64,000 bases of DNA from a virus. This document shows positions 9,466 to 19,975 of this stretch, one piece after another. The notes beneath the pieces are model-generated. The model did not search any database and was not told the DNA's origin. It saw only the letters and a list, made by a program, of their open reading frames with translations. The stretch covers positions 1 to 64,000 of IMG/VR virus record IMGVR_UViG_3300030117_007876; one strand, 5' to 3'. The position numbers and the translations under genes are program-made. The stretch's first letter is position 1. Every line of letters begins with the position of its first letter.

Positions 9466-10335
9466 ATGTCTTCTGTCAATAAAAAAATATTATGGGTTTC
9501 TGATTTTAATTTGGACACAGCGCCGGGTGGCGCTCAAAGAAGTGACGAATTGATCATTGAGAAAGGCAAGCTCCAAGGCTTTTCAATAAAAAAAATAACT
9601 AGGGCTGATGTTTTAGATGTAGAAAACTTTGATGACTTTAACACTTTAATATCATCTAATGTCACAGTTATAATCAACGAAAACCCTGAAATAATTAACA
9701 AAATAGCTTCTCACGATAATCATATAAGATTAGAGCATGACTCAAACGAACACATAACTGAAGATGAAAGAAAATTACTTTTTTCGAATTGTAAAAAAAC
9801 CATCTTCTTAACAGATTATCACTACAGTTTTTTTAAAGAGCTTTATGGAGACATTTTTCAAAACGTAAAGATTGTTTATGATCCTATAGACAACTCTGTT
9901 TTTAAAGATTGCCGACAAGAAAGAGAAGATAAGATACTTTTTGCTGGTTATTTGCACGAAGCCAAAGGAGCGGATACTTTTTTTGAATATGTTTTAGATA
10001 ACCCAGATAAAGAATTTGTTATAGCTGGATTTAGCAGCTCAAAAATATATCATATATTAGCTGATAAATTACCTAATGTTAAATTCTTAGGCACTGTTGA
10101 CTATGAAAAAATGCCAGAAGTTTACAATAAGTATGAATCTATGTTTTATACGCCTATTGTAAGAGAGCCTTTTTGTAGATCTGTAGCAGAAGCGGCAATG
10201 TGTGGTATGAAAATTTTAACAAATAAACAAGAAAGGATTGGAAGTTTACAGGAAATAAAAAAACATGGAATAGAAAAGTTTTCTGAAAAATGTAAAAATG
10301 CATCATCTAAATTTTGGGAGGTAATAAATGAGTGA
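9466..10335 (+). CDS. Glycosyltransferase, GT4-like
   Basis: PGGAQ N-terminal loop, FAGYLHEAKG, EPFCRSVAEAAMCG. Confidence 0.8.
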   Translation: MSSVNKKILWVSDFNLDTAPGGAQRSDELIIEKGKLQGFSIKKITRADVLDVENFDDFNTLISSNVTVIINENPEIINKIASHDNHIRLEHDSNEHITEDERKLLFSNCKKTIFLTDYHYSFFKELYGDIFQNVKIVYDPIDNSVFKDCRQEREDKILFAGYLHEAKGADTFFEYVLDNPDKEFVIAGFSSSKIYHILADKLPNVKFLGTVDYEKMPEVYNKYESMFYTPIVREPFCRSVAEAAMCGMKILTNKQERIGSLQEIKKHGIEKFSEKCKNASSKFWEVINE

Positions 10336-11065
10336 TATTTCAGTAATCTTAAATTGTTTTAAAAGACCACAGTATTTAGAAGAGCAATACAAAGCTTTAG
10401 AAGCTCAAACTATTCAGCCTAAAAATATATTTATCTGGCAAAATAAAGGTGACTTAGAAAATTTTAAACCTATTAATGATTATGTAGCTTCGAATTGTGC
10501 TACAGCTGTATCAAATTGTAATTTTGGCGTTTGGGCTAGATTTGCATATGCTTTAAATTGCAGAACAAAATATGTTTGTGTTTTTGATGATGATACTATA
10601 CCGGGATCTAAATGGTTAGAAAACTGTTACAACACTATTCAACAACATGAAGGATTACTTGGCACAATAGGAGTTATTTTCAAAGATTTAAATTACCACG
10701 GGTATCACAGATTTGGCTGGGATAACCCAAATGAAAAAGTTGAAAAAGTAGATATTGTTGGACATAGCTGGTTTTTTAAACGCGAATGGTTAGGCGCATA
10801 TTGGAGAGAAGCCGCTCTTCCTTTACATTATCTATCTGGAGAAGATATTCATTTTTCATATTCTATACAAAAGTATTTGAATCTTAATACTTATGTCCCC
10901 CCTCATCCAGTAAATGAACCAGAACTTTGGGGCTCAAAACCCGGCTTAGGCTGGAAATACGGAGTAGATTCTGTTGGCATATCTTGTAATTTTCATGGAA
11001 GTCATTTCGGAAAAAACTTACAACATTACAAACAAAAAGGTTTTAAGTTTATGGAGAATCTATGA
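10328..11065 (+). CDS. Glycosyltransferase, GT-A fold (GT2-like)
   Basis: ISVILNCFKR start, VFDDD (DxD) motif, GED motif. Confidence 0.75.
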   Translation: MSDISVILNCFKRPQYLEEQYKALEAQTIQPKNIFIWQNKGDLENFKPINDYVASNCATAVSNCNFGVWARFAYALNCRTKYVCVFDDDTIPGSKWLENCYNTIQQHEGLLGTIGVIFKDLNYHGYHRFGWDNPNEKVEKVDIVGHSWFFKREWLGAYWREAALPLHYLSGEDIHFSYSIQKYLNLNTYVPPHPVNEPELWGSKPGLGWKYGVDSVGISCNFHGSHFGKNLQHYKQKGFKFMENL

Positions 11066-12060
11066 AAATTTTAGCAGTTTACGGAACTAGACCAGAATAC
11101 CTTAAAATTAAACCATTATTATTTCGATCAAAAGGACTAATAAAAAGTTGCCACGTAAAACAGCATACAGATATTATTGATTTCGGTAATCCTGATTACA
11201 CTATCACATTATATCAAAATTGTAAAAGTAGGTTAAATAATGTTTTTGGAGAAATTTTTCACAAAACAGAAGATATTTATAAAAGCTTTGATGCCGTACT
11301 AGTTCAAGGCGACACAGCCACAGTTGCTGCTTCAGCTATATCTGCATTCAACTTAAAGAAAAAACTTATATATTTAGAATCAGGCCTTCGAACAAATAAC
11401 ATAAAAGATCCTTTTCCAGAAGAAGGTTATCGTCAAATGGTTTCGAGAATAGCTAATATTAATTTTTGCCCTACTTCTTATTCTGCATCAAATCTTTACT
11501 CAGAGCAAACCAAAGGAAAAATACACGTTGTTGGAAATACAGTTTTAGATAATATAAAAAAAGACAGAAGCGAGACCTCTTATGGAAACACTTGTTTGAT
11601 CACCTTACACAGAAATGAAAATTTAAACGTTTTAGATTTATGGTTAAACGAGATAGAAAGATTTGCATCTAATCATCCTGAAATTGAATTTATTTTTCCT
11701 GCGCACCCAAATCCAATTATACTAAAAGCTTGCGAAAATCTTAAAAAAATAAAAGTTGTCAAACCTCTACAACACGGTGACTTAATTGATATATTAAAAA
11801 AATGTAAATTTGTTATTACAGATTCTGGAGGCATACAAGAAGAAGGCTGTTTTTTAAATAAAAAAATAATTGTTTGCAGAAAAACCACAGAAAGACCAGA
11901 GGGTATACCAACTGGACATATTGTAATGTGTGAGGACCCTAAAAATATTTATGAAAAGATTGAAAAAGTGAATGATAATTTTATTATCATCGAGTGTTGC
12001 CCATACGGAAACGGTAATGCTAGCGAAAAAATACTTAATATTTTAAACATAAATGTCTAA
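11062..12060 (+). CDS. wecB: UDP-N-acetylglucosamine 2-epimerase
   Basis: GTRPE, VQGDT, ESGLRT, PFPEE, TDSGGIQEE, TERPEG, PYGNG motifs. Confidence 0.93.
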   Translation: MKILAVYGTRPEYLKIKPLLFRSKGLIKSCHVKQHTDIIDFGNPDYTITLYQNCKSRLNNVFGEIFHKTEDIYKSFDAVLVQGDTATVAASAISAFNLKKKLIYLESGLRTNNIKDPFPEEGYRQMVSRIANINFCPTSYSASNLYSEQTKGKIHVVGNTVLDNIKKDRSETSYGNTCLITLHRNENLNVLDLWLNEIERFASNHPEIEFIFPAHPNPIILKACENLKKIKVVKPLQHGDLIDILKKCKFVITDSGGIQEEGCFLNKKIIVCRKTTERPEGIPTGHIVMCEDPKNIYEKIEKVNDNFIIIECCPYGNGNASEKILNILNINV

Positions 12061-13006
12061 ATGCGTTTACATAACTGGATGTTTTGGGTTCATGGGCTCT
12101 TATGTAACAAGACTAGCTCTTGAAAAAGGTTATTACGTAAGAGGCATCGATAAATGTACTTATGCATCAAGAAGAGAACCTTTATTTAGAGAATTTTCTC
12201 ATTATAAAAATTTTTATTTTGAACAAAAAGATATACGCGACATCAAATCACTTTTTGATTGCGATTACTTCATAAATACAGCTGCCGAAACGCATGTAGG
12301 AAACAGTATTGTTGAGAGCAATACTTTCATGAGGTCGAATATAGATGGAGTTTACTCTATATTAGAAGCTTTTAAAAATTACAAAGTAGAAGGAAACAGA
12401 AAGCCGATATTTTTTCATTTCAGCACTGATGAAGTTTATGGTGATATAAATAATGGCAGTTTTAAAGAAACAGATTTACTAAAACCTAGTAATCCTTACT
12501 CCGCAACAAAAGCTGCTGGAGATATGCTTATAAAAGCTTGGCATAGAACTTATGATATTGATTATATCTTATTAAGACCATCAAACAATTATGGTATAGG
12601 TCAATATATAGAAAAATTAATTCCTAAAAGCGTAAAATACTTAAATTTAGGAAGAAAAATACCTTTACATAATAATGGATCTCCTGTTAGAGGTTGGCTT
12701 CACGCAAAAGATACGGCTTCAGCTGTTATACATCTAATCGAAAAAGGCGTTAAAAATCAAATTTACAACATATCAGGCAACTACTACGATACGAATCTAA
12801 ACATTAGTAAAAAAATAATTAAAACTTTTAATGAAGATGATAATTATGAAAAATATTTAGATTTTTCCTACTCACGTAAAGGTCAAGATGTTAGATACAG
12901 TGTTGATGATTCAAAATTGAAAGAAACAGGGTGGGAACCTGTTTGTGTTTTTGATGAAGAACTTTCTTCTATTGTACATTTCTATAAGGAAAATTATATA
13001 TGGTAA
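12053..13006 (+). CDS. rmlB: dTDP-glucose 4,6-dehydratase
   Basis: ITGCFGFMG, AAETHV, STDEVYG, PSNPYSATKA, NNYG...EKLIP. Confidence 0.88.
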   Translation: MSKCVYITGCFGFMGSYVTRLALEKGYYVRGIDKCTYASRREPLFREFSHYKNFYFEQKDIRDIKSLFDCDYFINTAAETHVGNSIVESNTFMRSNIDGVYSILEAFKNYKVEGNRKPIFFHFSTDEVYGDINNGSFKETDLLKPSNPYSATKAAGDMLIKAWHRTYDIDYILLRPSNNYGIGQYIEKLIPKSVKYLNLGRKIPLHNNGSPVRGWLHAKDTASAVIHLIEKGVKNQIYNISGNYYDTNLNISKKIIKTFNEDDNYEKYLDFSYSRKGQDVRYSVDDSKLKETGWEPVCVFDEELSSIVHFYKENYIW

Positions 13007-13821
13007 AAAATTTCACAAAAGAATTTGATAAATTTTTAAATTTAATTAAAACTGATGAGCCTTTTAGTTTTACTAGATTTTCAGATGGCGAAATAACTAT
13101 ACTAAGAGATCAACCTGTTGTTTTAGCAAGCAACTATTTTATTCAAGGAGATTTGCACGGAGAAAATAAAAATTTTGTACCAGAAGGAACTTATAACAAA
13201 GAAGAGCAAAAAGAATTTTTACCAGAAAAACATCAATTTTTTAGAAAAAAACTTTTAGAATCTTTCCTTTTTGAAAAACATAATTATTTTAAAGGTATAC
13301 CTGCTCAAAACTGTTTAGATAATGGAGCTTCTTGGAAATTCTGCGTAGACTTGTATAACGAAAATGATATAGAGCATTTAAGCTTTGCAAGCGTAATGAT
13401 AAATGATAATTACAAAAGGTTTATTAGAGAAATGGTGCCTGAATTTTCTAATAAAAAAGTCGTTCTAATTGCTAATGAAAATTCAAATGTAGCAAATTTA
13501 CCTTTTTGGTTAGTTAAAATGTTTAGTGTTGGATCAAACTGCATGGTGAATAATTACTATTTAATAGACGAAATAAAACAATGGATTTCTGAAAAAAATA
13601 TTGAAAATCATTTATTTTTATTTTCAGCTTCATCTTTAAGCAATCTTTTAGGTTACGAACTTTATAAAGATTACGGCAATAATCAATATCTAGATATAGG
13701 ATCATCTTTAGGACCGCTTTTAGGCTTAACCGGATGGCGCGGAAGTAGACATTATTTAAATCTTTATTGGTCAAACCCTAAAAACCCACCTAAACAAGAA
13801 ATAGATGATTTATGGAACTAA
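13000..13821 (+). CDS. Putative GT-D fold glycosyltransferase
   Basis: SFTRFSDGE and C-terminal LDIGS motifs; located in glycosylation cluster. Confidence 0.6.
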   Translation: MVKNFTKEFDKFLNLIKTDEPFSFTRFSDGEITILRDQPVVLASNYFIQGDLHGENKNFVPEGTYNKEEQKEFLPEKHQFFRKKLLESFLFEKHNYFKGIPAQNCLDNGASWKFCVDLYNENDIEHLSFASVMINDNYKRFIREMVPEFSNKKVVLIANENSNVANLPFWLVKMFSVGSNCMVNNYYLIDEIKQWISEKNIENHLFLFSASSLSNLLGYELYKDYGNNQYLDIGSSLGPLLGLTGWRGSRHYLNLYWSNPKNPPKQEIDDLWN

Positions 13822-14207
13822 GATTAGTCAATTGTGATACAATTTTCTGGATTAATATTTTACAAATTAGAAATAAAGATAAAAAATGCTTTATTAACCA
13901 GAAAGAGATAGAAATCGAAGATCATTTTAATTATATGCTTTATAATTCTAAGTTTTATGAAGTTTGCCTCGTTGATAATGTTTTTGCCGGATTTGTTGGA
14001 TTAGTTAACGGAGATCTCAGAATAGGTGTTTCCGATCAATTCAAGCAAAAAGGTGTTGGTAAATTTATGCTTGAAAACTTTAAAGGATTCAAAGAGGTCA
14101 AACAGGTAAAAGTTAAAATTGATAACGAAGCTAGTATAAAGTTATTTGAATCATTTAATTTTAAAAAAGATTTGTATATCATGAAAAGGCAATCAGACAC
14201 TAAATGA
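13812..14207 (+). CDS. GNAT N-acetyltransferase (PseH-like)
   Basis: FKQKGVGK acetyl-CoA motif; NEASIKLFESFNF. Confidence 0.75.
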   Translation: MELRLVNCDTIFWINILQIRNKDKKCFINQKEIEIEDHFNYMLYNSKFYEVCLVDNVFAGFVGLVNGDLRIGVSDQFKQKGVGKFMLENFKGFKEVKQVKVKIDNEASIKLFESFNFKKDLYIMKRQSDTK

Positions 14208-15418
14208 AAAATTATAAAATTAGATTTATAAATCATGCTTCATTTTCCATCGAATGGAAAAATGATTTTCTTTTAATGGACCCATGGTATACCGGAAGAA
14301 TATTTAATGATTCTTGGTCGCTTCTTCAAGATACTAATATTCAAGAAATTGAAGGCATAGAAAAGATCAGTTCAATAATAATAAGCCACGAACATCCAGA
14401 TCACTTACATTTCCCTACTCTAAAAAAAATCAAACAGAAATTTCCAAATAATAAAATAACTTTGTATTTTCCATTAAGAAAAGATCCCAGCGTTAAAAAC
14501 GCTATTGAAAAAATAGGATTTGAATTTCAATATCTGCACCCCTCCACCCCAACCACAGTAAAAGAAGATTTATCATTATGTTCCTTTCCTACAGGTCACG
14601 ATTCAGGTATAATTTTTGATTTAAAAGATAAAATATTATTAAATCAAAACGACGCTTATTTTACCGATTTAGAAATAACTCAAATAAAAAGAATTTATCC
14701 TTCTATAGATTATTGGTGGATGCAATTTAGCCTAGCCGGATATTACGCGAACAAAGAAGATAAAGAAGGAATGAAGTCTAAAGGCCATGATTTTCATATC
14801 GAAAGATTTAGGCATTATCAGGATTTGATTAAACCTAAAGTATCCATACCTTTTGCCTCGTTCTGTTATTTTTGCAAACATTACAATTCCTACATAAACG
14901 ATTATGCGGTCAAACCTTGGCATCTGTATAGGGAAAATTATTTTCAGCGTACGCTTTTTTATAATCAACAATTAGAAGAAGGCTGCGAACCTGATGGGTA
15001 TAAAGACGGCAAAAGTAATTCAGATCTAGAATGGGAAAAAGTTTATTTAAAAAATCTTAAAATTGATTCGCCACCCCAAAAAGTAAGCTTAGAAAAGCTT
15101 ATATATTCAGCCAATAAACTTTTTGACACAAATGACACGAAAGGAGGGCCTTCTGGTTACTTTTTTCTTTATGATTACCCTGATTTTTGTTTGTATTTAG
15201 ATTTTAATAATAAACACTGTTTTATATCTAATAAAATACATGATCCAAACATTATTGCGGGTATTACTTCAAGCGAAGAAATTCACTCATATTTAAAATT
15301 TCCTTGGGGCGCAGATACTTTAAATGTAACCGGCTGTTTTGAAATAAGGAATGAATCAATTTGGAGGGGAATGTTACAGTATAGAGATTTTTTATATAAA
15401 AGAGGAGTTGCCCATTAA
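14204..15418 (+). CDS. Metallo-beta-lactamase-fold protein (CMP-Neu5Ac hydroxylase/UlaG-like)
   Basis: NHAS, MDPW, ISHEHPDHLH, DSG, NQND, PFAS motifs. Confidence 0.7.
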   Translation: MKNYKIRFINHASFSIEWKNDFLLMDPWYTGRIFNDSWSLLQDTNIQEIEGIEKISSIIISHEHPDHLHFPTLKKIKQKFPNNKITLYFPLRKDPSVKNAIEKIGFEFQYLHPSTPTTVKEDLSLCSFPTGHDSGIIFDLKDKILLNQNDAYFTDLEITQIKRIYPSIDYWWMQFSLAGYYANKEDKEGMKSKGHDFHIERFRHYQDLIKPKVSIPFASFCYFCKHYNSYINDYAVKPWHLYRENYFQRTLFYNQQLEEGCEPDGYKDGKSNSDLEWEKVYLKNLKIDSPPQKVSLEKLIYSANKLFDTNDTKGGPSGYFFLYDYPDFCLYLDFNNKHCFISNKIHDPNIIAGITSSEEIHSYLKFPWGADTLNVTGCFEIRNESIWRGMLQYRDFLYKRGVAH

Positions 15419-15438
15419 TAAAAATTTATACCATAAAA

Positions 15439-16044
15439 ATGAGAAATCCTTTTGAAATAGTTGAATGGTTCGAAGAAGCTGTGGCTGAATACACCGGATC
15501 GCCATACGCTATCGCTTGTGATAGTTGCACGGATGCAATTTTTCTTTGTTGCAAACATTGTGAAGTTCAAGGCTCCACCATAACTATACCTTCTAAAACT
15601 TATATCTCCCCTCCCCAATCTATTCTTCAAGCTGGCGCTAAATTAAAATTTGAAGATATCAAGTGGAGCGGTATTTATCAACTTGAACCTTTTCCGATTT
15701 ACGACTCCGCTAAACGTTTTACATCTGGAATGTATATCCCGGGATCTTATATGTGTTTATCTTTCCACCATAAAAAACCTTTAAAAATAGGTAAAGGTGG
15801 AATGATTTTAACAGATAACAAAAAAGCTGTAGAAAATATAAAAAAATTAAGATATGAAGGTAGAAGTATAGGTGTACCTTTTCAAGATGATGATTTAGGA
15901 GACGGAGGTTGGAACATGTATATGACTCCAGAACAGGCAGCAAGAGGATTAACCCTTTTAATGGCTTACCCAAAACATGCTAAAGATCAAATCGAAGATC
16001 CACCTTATAGAGATTTAAGAACATTTAACCTATTTAAACAATGA
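15439..16044 (+). CDS. Short DegT/DnrJ/EryC1/StrS-family PLP aminotransferase
   Basis: DSCTDAI, YDSA, SFHHKKPLKIGKGGMILTD. Confidence 0.8.
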   Translation: MRNPFEIVEWFEEAVAEYTGSPYAIACDSCTDAIFLCCKHCEVQGSTITIPSKTYISPPQSILQAGAKLKFEDIKWSGIYQLEPFPIYDSAKRFTSGMYIPGSYMCLSFHHKKPLKIGKGGMILTDNKKAVENIKKLRYEGRSIGVPFQDDDLGDGGWNMYMTPEQAARGLTLLMAYPKHAKDQIEDPPYRDLRTFNLFKQ

Positions 16045-16751
16045 AAATTGCCCTTTGTCTGCATGGAAAGTTCGACTCACTTACCGACTCATTCTCTAAA
16101 GGAAATGATGGATACAAACATATAAAAAACCGAATACTATCAAAGTGTGAGCCTGATATATTTGTTCACTCTTGGGACGAACACGAAAAAGAAAATATTA
16201 TAAATTTATACAACCCTAAAACTTATAAATTTGAAAAACAAATAAACTTTAACCAATTAACACAACACTTAGATGTTATACCGAATCCCCCCAGAACCCC
16301 TGATACTATTTTATCTCACTTTTACTCTGTATCTGAATCGATCAAGCTAGCTTGCGAGCAAGATAATTACGATATTGTAATAAAAGCTAGATTTGATTTA
16401 GGCAGAATTAATAGAAGAACATCAGGACCTCATAACTCAGATAATCCATACCCGGTTCAATGCATAACTTTTAATCCTGAGTTGAACATGAATCAGCTAC
16501 ATATGGCAAATTGGCAGTATTTAGATTCCGATGGGCCTGCTGATATGTGGTTTTATTCCAGCGGTAAAAATATGAGCCATCTAAAAGATTTGTACAAATT
16601 TACTTTAAAGTGTTTTGACCTAAATAGTGTTCATGCAAAATCCTTAAATACATTAAACGATTTACCCAATGCAATTAAGCTTTATAAAGCTTTCTTTATA
16701 GAAAAAAAACTTTGGCAAAAAAAGAATTTAATAAATACAATTTTCGAATGA
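16041..16751 (+). CDS. Hypothetical glycan-related protein
   Basis: MKIALCLHG...DIFVHSW...YDIVIKARFD pattern seen in viral glycosylation clusters. Confidence 0.55.
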   Translation: MKIALCLHGKFDSLTDSFSKGNDGYKHIKNRILSKCEPDIFVHSWDEHEKENIINLYNPKTYKFEKQINFNQLTQHLDVIPNPPRTPDTILSHFYSVSESIKLACEQDNYDIVIKARFDLGRINRRTSGPHNSDNPYPVQCITFNPELNMNQLHMANWQYLDSDGPADMWFYSSGKNMSHLKDLYKFTLKCFDLNSVHAKSLNTLNDLPNAIKLYKAFFIEKKLWQKKNLINTIFE

Positions 16752-17437
16752 ATCATTTAAACACTTATATTTCAAACTTAGATACTTTTTATCACGAAGG
16801 AACCTCTAATCATGAGGAGCATAATGCTAACCCTAATTATTTTACTCAACTCTTAAAAAAAATAACCAGCGACCCAAAAAAATGGGAAAATAAAAACGTT
16901 TTAGATTTTGGGTGCGGTAAAGGTCGAAATGTGATAAATTTAAATAAATTAACAAAATGGAAGTCTATTGATGGAGTAGATATATCAACAGAAAACATAA
17001 AGCACTGTAAAGAAAATAATAAATTACTAAATAGTAAATTTTTTAAAAATAACGGGCTAGACCTAAAAGACCTAGAAAGTAATTACTACGATTTTGTAAT
17101 GTCAACTATAGTTTTTCAACATATACCCTCAAGGGAAGTTCGCTTGAATCTAAAAAAGGAAATATATAGAATTTTAAAAGTAGGGGGTAGTTTTTCATTT
17201 CAGATGGGGCACGGTGATACAGTTGACATAAGATATAATCACTCTAGCTATAAAGATGACGCATTCGACAAAGTAGGATCAAACGGAATGTGCGATGTAC
17301 AAATAACGCCAGAGACCGAAAAAAATTTAATTAACGATTTAGCTAATATCGGTTTCAAAAATATTGAAATTTATGTTACAGAGTCTTTTAGCGATGATAG
17401 CCACCAAAACTGGATATACATCCACACAGAAAAATAA
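16748..17437 (+). CDS. Class I SAM-dependent methyltransferase
   Basis: VLDFGCGKGR, GVDIS, YDFVMSTIVFQHI. Confidence 0.88.
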   Translation: MNHLNTYISNLDTFYHEGTSNHEEHNANPNYFTQLLKKITSDPKKWENKNVLDFGCGKGRNVINLNKLTKWKSIDGVDISTENIKHCKENNKLLNSKFFKNNGLDLKDLESNYYDFVMSTIVFQHIPSREVRLNLKKEIYRILKVGGSFSFQMGHGDTVDIRYNHSSYKDDAFDKVGSNGMCDVQITPETEKNLINDLANIGFKNIEIYVTESFSDDSHQNWIYIHTEK

Positions 17438-18156
17438 TGTTTAAATTTTTTATACATACACATACTGACTGTAGAGATATATGGGCCGCTTTTTTCGGGC
17501 GAGTTAGCAAATATTTCCCTAACCATGAAAAGAGCGTTTTAGTTAATAAACTTGATCCTTTTTTCAATGGTTACAATACTATTATTTACGAACCGGATTT
17601 AGATTATACTAGTCGAATAAAAAATAGTCTTAAAAATTTTGGAGATGAGGTAATATTATTCACTCATGAAGATATGATTCTTTATAACGAACCTGCTTAT
17701 AATACATTAAATGAGTTTTGCGATTTAATTAGAAATGACAAAGCTGATTTTATTAAACTTTTAAAATGCGCAAATGTTGTAGGCGAGTATTATTTTCCTC
17801 CGTCAGATGTACACCCCAACTTGACCTCTTGCGAAAGGCAATACTCTTTTACTATCCAACCAACTTTATGTAAAGCTTCCAAGCTTTTAGATGTTTTTAG
17901 TTCTTGTTCCCCTACGAATATCTGGGACTTTGAGCGCAAAATAGATTCTATCTTTACTAATTTTATTCATAATAAATGCTTTATGTCTTCTTTTGAAGAT
18001 GAAGCAAAAAGAGGTCAAGCACATTGGGACTCTAAGTCATACCCGCATGGCAATATGATTTTTAAAGGCAAGTGGACTTATAACGAATATAGCAAGGAGA
18101 TAGACAGTTTATGCGAAGAGTACGGCATTGATTATAAAGTTAGAGGGACAGCATGA
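17437..18156 (+). CDS. Putative glycosyltransferase-like protein
   Basis: ILFTHED motif; cluster context. Confidence 0.5.
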   Translation: MFKFFIHTHTDCRDIWAAFFGRVSKYFPNHEKSVLVNKLDPFFNGYNTIIYEPDLDYTSRIKNSLKNFGDEVILFTHEDMILYNEPAYNTLNEFCDLIRNDKADFIKLLKCANVVGEYYFPPSDVHPNLTSCERQYSFTIQPTLCKASKLLDVFSSCSPTNIWDFERKIDSIFTNFIHNKCFMSSFEDEAKRGQAHWDSKSYPHGNMIFKGKWTYNEYSKEIDSLCEEYGIDYKVRGTA

Positions 18157-19526
18157 AAAAGCTAATCATTTTTGACTTAGATGGAGTACTAATTGATACG
18201 AAGGACATACACTACGAAGCTTTAAACGAAGCCTTGAGTCATGTTGGTTCAGAATACGTAATTAGCCAGTCAGAACACATCTCTATTTATGATGGGTTAA
18301 GTACGAACGAAAAGCTTTACACGCTTTCTAATAAGAAGTTTTTGCCGCATTCCCTTCATGAACAGATCTGGACTGAAAAGCAAAAAATAACAAAAAGTAA
18401 ACTAGATAATGTTCAACAAAGTCCGAAACTTATAGATATATTTAAATACTTAGAAAGCAAAGGTTATCTAATAGCTTGCTGCTCGAATTCTATTAGAAAA
18501 ACGGTTTATCAAATACTTTCTCAATTAGGGATAGTTAAATATTTTGACTACCTTGTTTCAAACGGAGACGTAACTAACCCAAAACCTCACCCAGAAATGT
18601 ACTGGAAAGCAATGTGCGCTTTGAAAATCACCCCAGAAGACACTATAATTATAGAAGATTCTCCGACAGGTCTTCTCGCGGCACAAAGAAGCGGAGCTAA
18701 AGTATGCCGGGTAAAAGATTCTAAAAATTTAACATTAAACAAAATAATTAATTTTATGGTAACTGAAGAAAAAGTAAACCCTAAATGGCAAGATGAAAAT
18801 CTCAATGTTTTAATCCCCATGGCTGGAGCAGGAAGTCGTTTTGAAAAAGCTGGTTATGCTTTCCCTAAACCTTTAATTGAAGTGAAAGGAAAGCCGATGA
18901 TTCAAGTAGTTGTTGACAATCTGAATGTTGAAGCTAATTTCATTTTTATTGTTCAAAAAGATCATAAAGAAAAATACAATTTAGACTCCGTATTAAATTT
19001 AATCGCACCTAATTGCAAAATAGTTGAAGTAGAAGGCCTAACAGAAGGCGCTGCATGTACTACGCTACTAGCAAAACAATATATAAATAATAATAAGCCT
19101 TTAATTATGGCAAATTCGGATCAGTTCGTCGAATGGTCATCAAGTAAGTTCATGTACAAGATGCAAGAACAAGATCTTGATGGAGGAATATTATCATTTA
19201 TTTCTACTCACCCTAAATGGTCTTACGCCAAAGTTGACGAAAATAATTACGTAACTGAAGTTGCAGAAAAAAACCCTATTTCTGATTGCGCTACGGTTGG
19301 TGTTTATTATTGGAAGAAGGGGAGCGATTACGTTAAATACGCAGAACAAATGATCAATAAAGATATCAGAACAAATAATGAATTTTATGTTTGCCCAGCC
19401 TTTAATGAAGCCATTAAGGATGGTAAGAGAATTTCTATTTTTGAAATCCAAAACATGTGGGGCCTTGGGACTCCAGAGGACTTGAATTATTATATAGATA
19501 ATTATGACAGCAAACCTAAAACATGA
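18153..19526 (+). CDS. HAD phosphatase fused to sugar-phosphate nucleotidyltransferase
   Basis: N-terminal FDLDGVL...KPHPE...IEDS; C-terminal IPMAGAGSRF...PKPLI...GLGTPEDL. Confidence 0.88.
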   Translation: MKKLIIFDLDGVLIDTKDIHYEALNEALSHVGSEYVISQSEHISIYDGLSTNEKLYTLSNKKFLPHSLHEQIWTEKQKITKSKLDNVQQSPKLIDIFKYLESKGYLIACCSNSIRKTVYQILSQLGIVKYFDYLVSNGDVTNPKPHPEMYWKAMCALKITPEDTIIIEDSPTGLLAAQRSGAKVCRVKDSKNLTLNKIINFMVTEEKVNPKWQDENLNVLIPMAGAGSRFEKAGYAFPKPLIEVKGKPMIQVVVDNLNVEANFIFIVQKDHKEKYNLDSVLNLIAPNCKIVEVEGLTEGAACTTLLAKQYINNNKPLIMANSDQFVEWSSSKFMYKMQEQDLDGGILSFISTHPKWSYAKVDENNYVTEVAEKNPISDCATVGVYYWKKGSDYVKYAEQMINKDIRTNNEFYVCPAFNEAIKDGKRISIFEIQNMWGLGTPEDLNYYIDNYDSKPKT

Positions 19527-19534
19527 CTAAATAA

Positions 19535-19975
19535 ATGAAGCTAATATCCCATAGAGGAAATATTGAAAAAAAGAAAAAAAACTTAGAAAATACTGTTAGT
19601 TATATAAATTCTGCACTTAGTTTAGGTTTCGATGTAGAAATAGACGTATGGCTCAATGAAGGTTTTTATTTAGGCCATGATGCTCCAAATAATAAAATCT
19701 CAATAAGCTACCTAAATAACTCTAAGTTTTGGGTTCATGCGAAAAACGGTCTAGCTTTTTACGAATTAATTAAAATAAAAGATTTTAAAGCAAATATTTT
19801 TTGGCACACAAATGAAGATTGGGTATTAACTAGTAAAAAAATAATATGGACTTTTCCAAATAAAGCTCTTTTCCCTAAGAGTGTGTGCGTGTTACCAGAA
19901 AAAGGATATAAAGGAGATATTAAATCTTGTTATGGAATTTGTTCAGATGAAATCATAAAATATAAAAACTTATGA
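19535..19975 (+). CDS. Glycerophosphodiester phosphodiesterase-like protein
   Basis: ISHRGN...ENT...DVEIDVW...LGHD...GICSD. Confidence 0.75.
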   Translation: MKLISHRGNIEKKKKNLENTVSYINSALSLGFDVEIDVWLNEGFYLGHDAPNNKISISYLNNSKFWVHAKNGLAFYELIKIKDFKANIFWHTNEDWVLTSKKIIWTFPNKALFPKSVCVLPEKGYKGDIKSCYGICSDEIIKYKNL

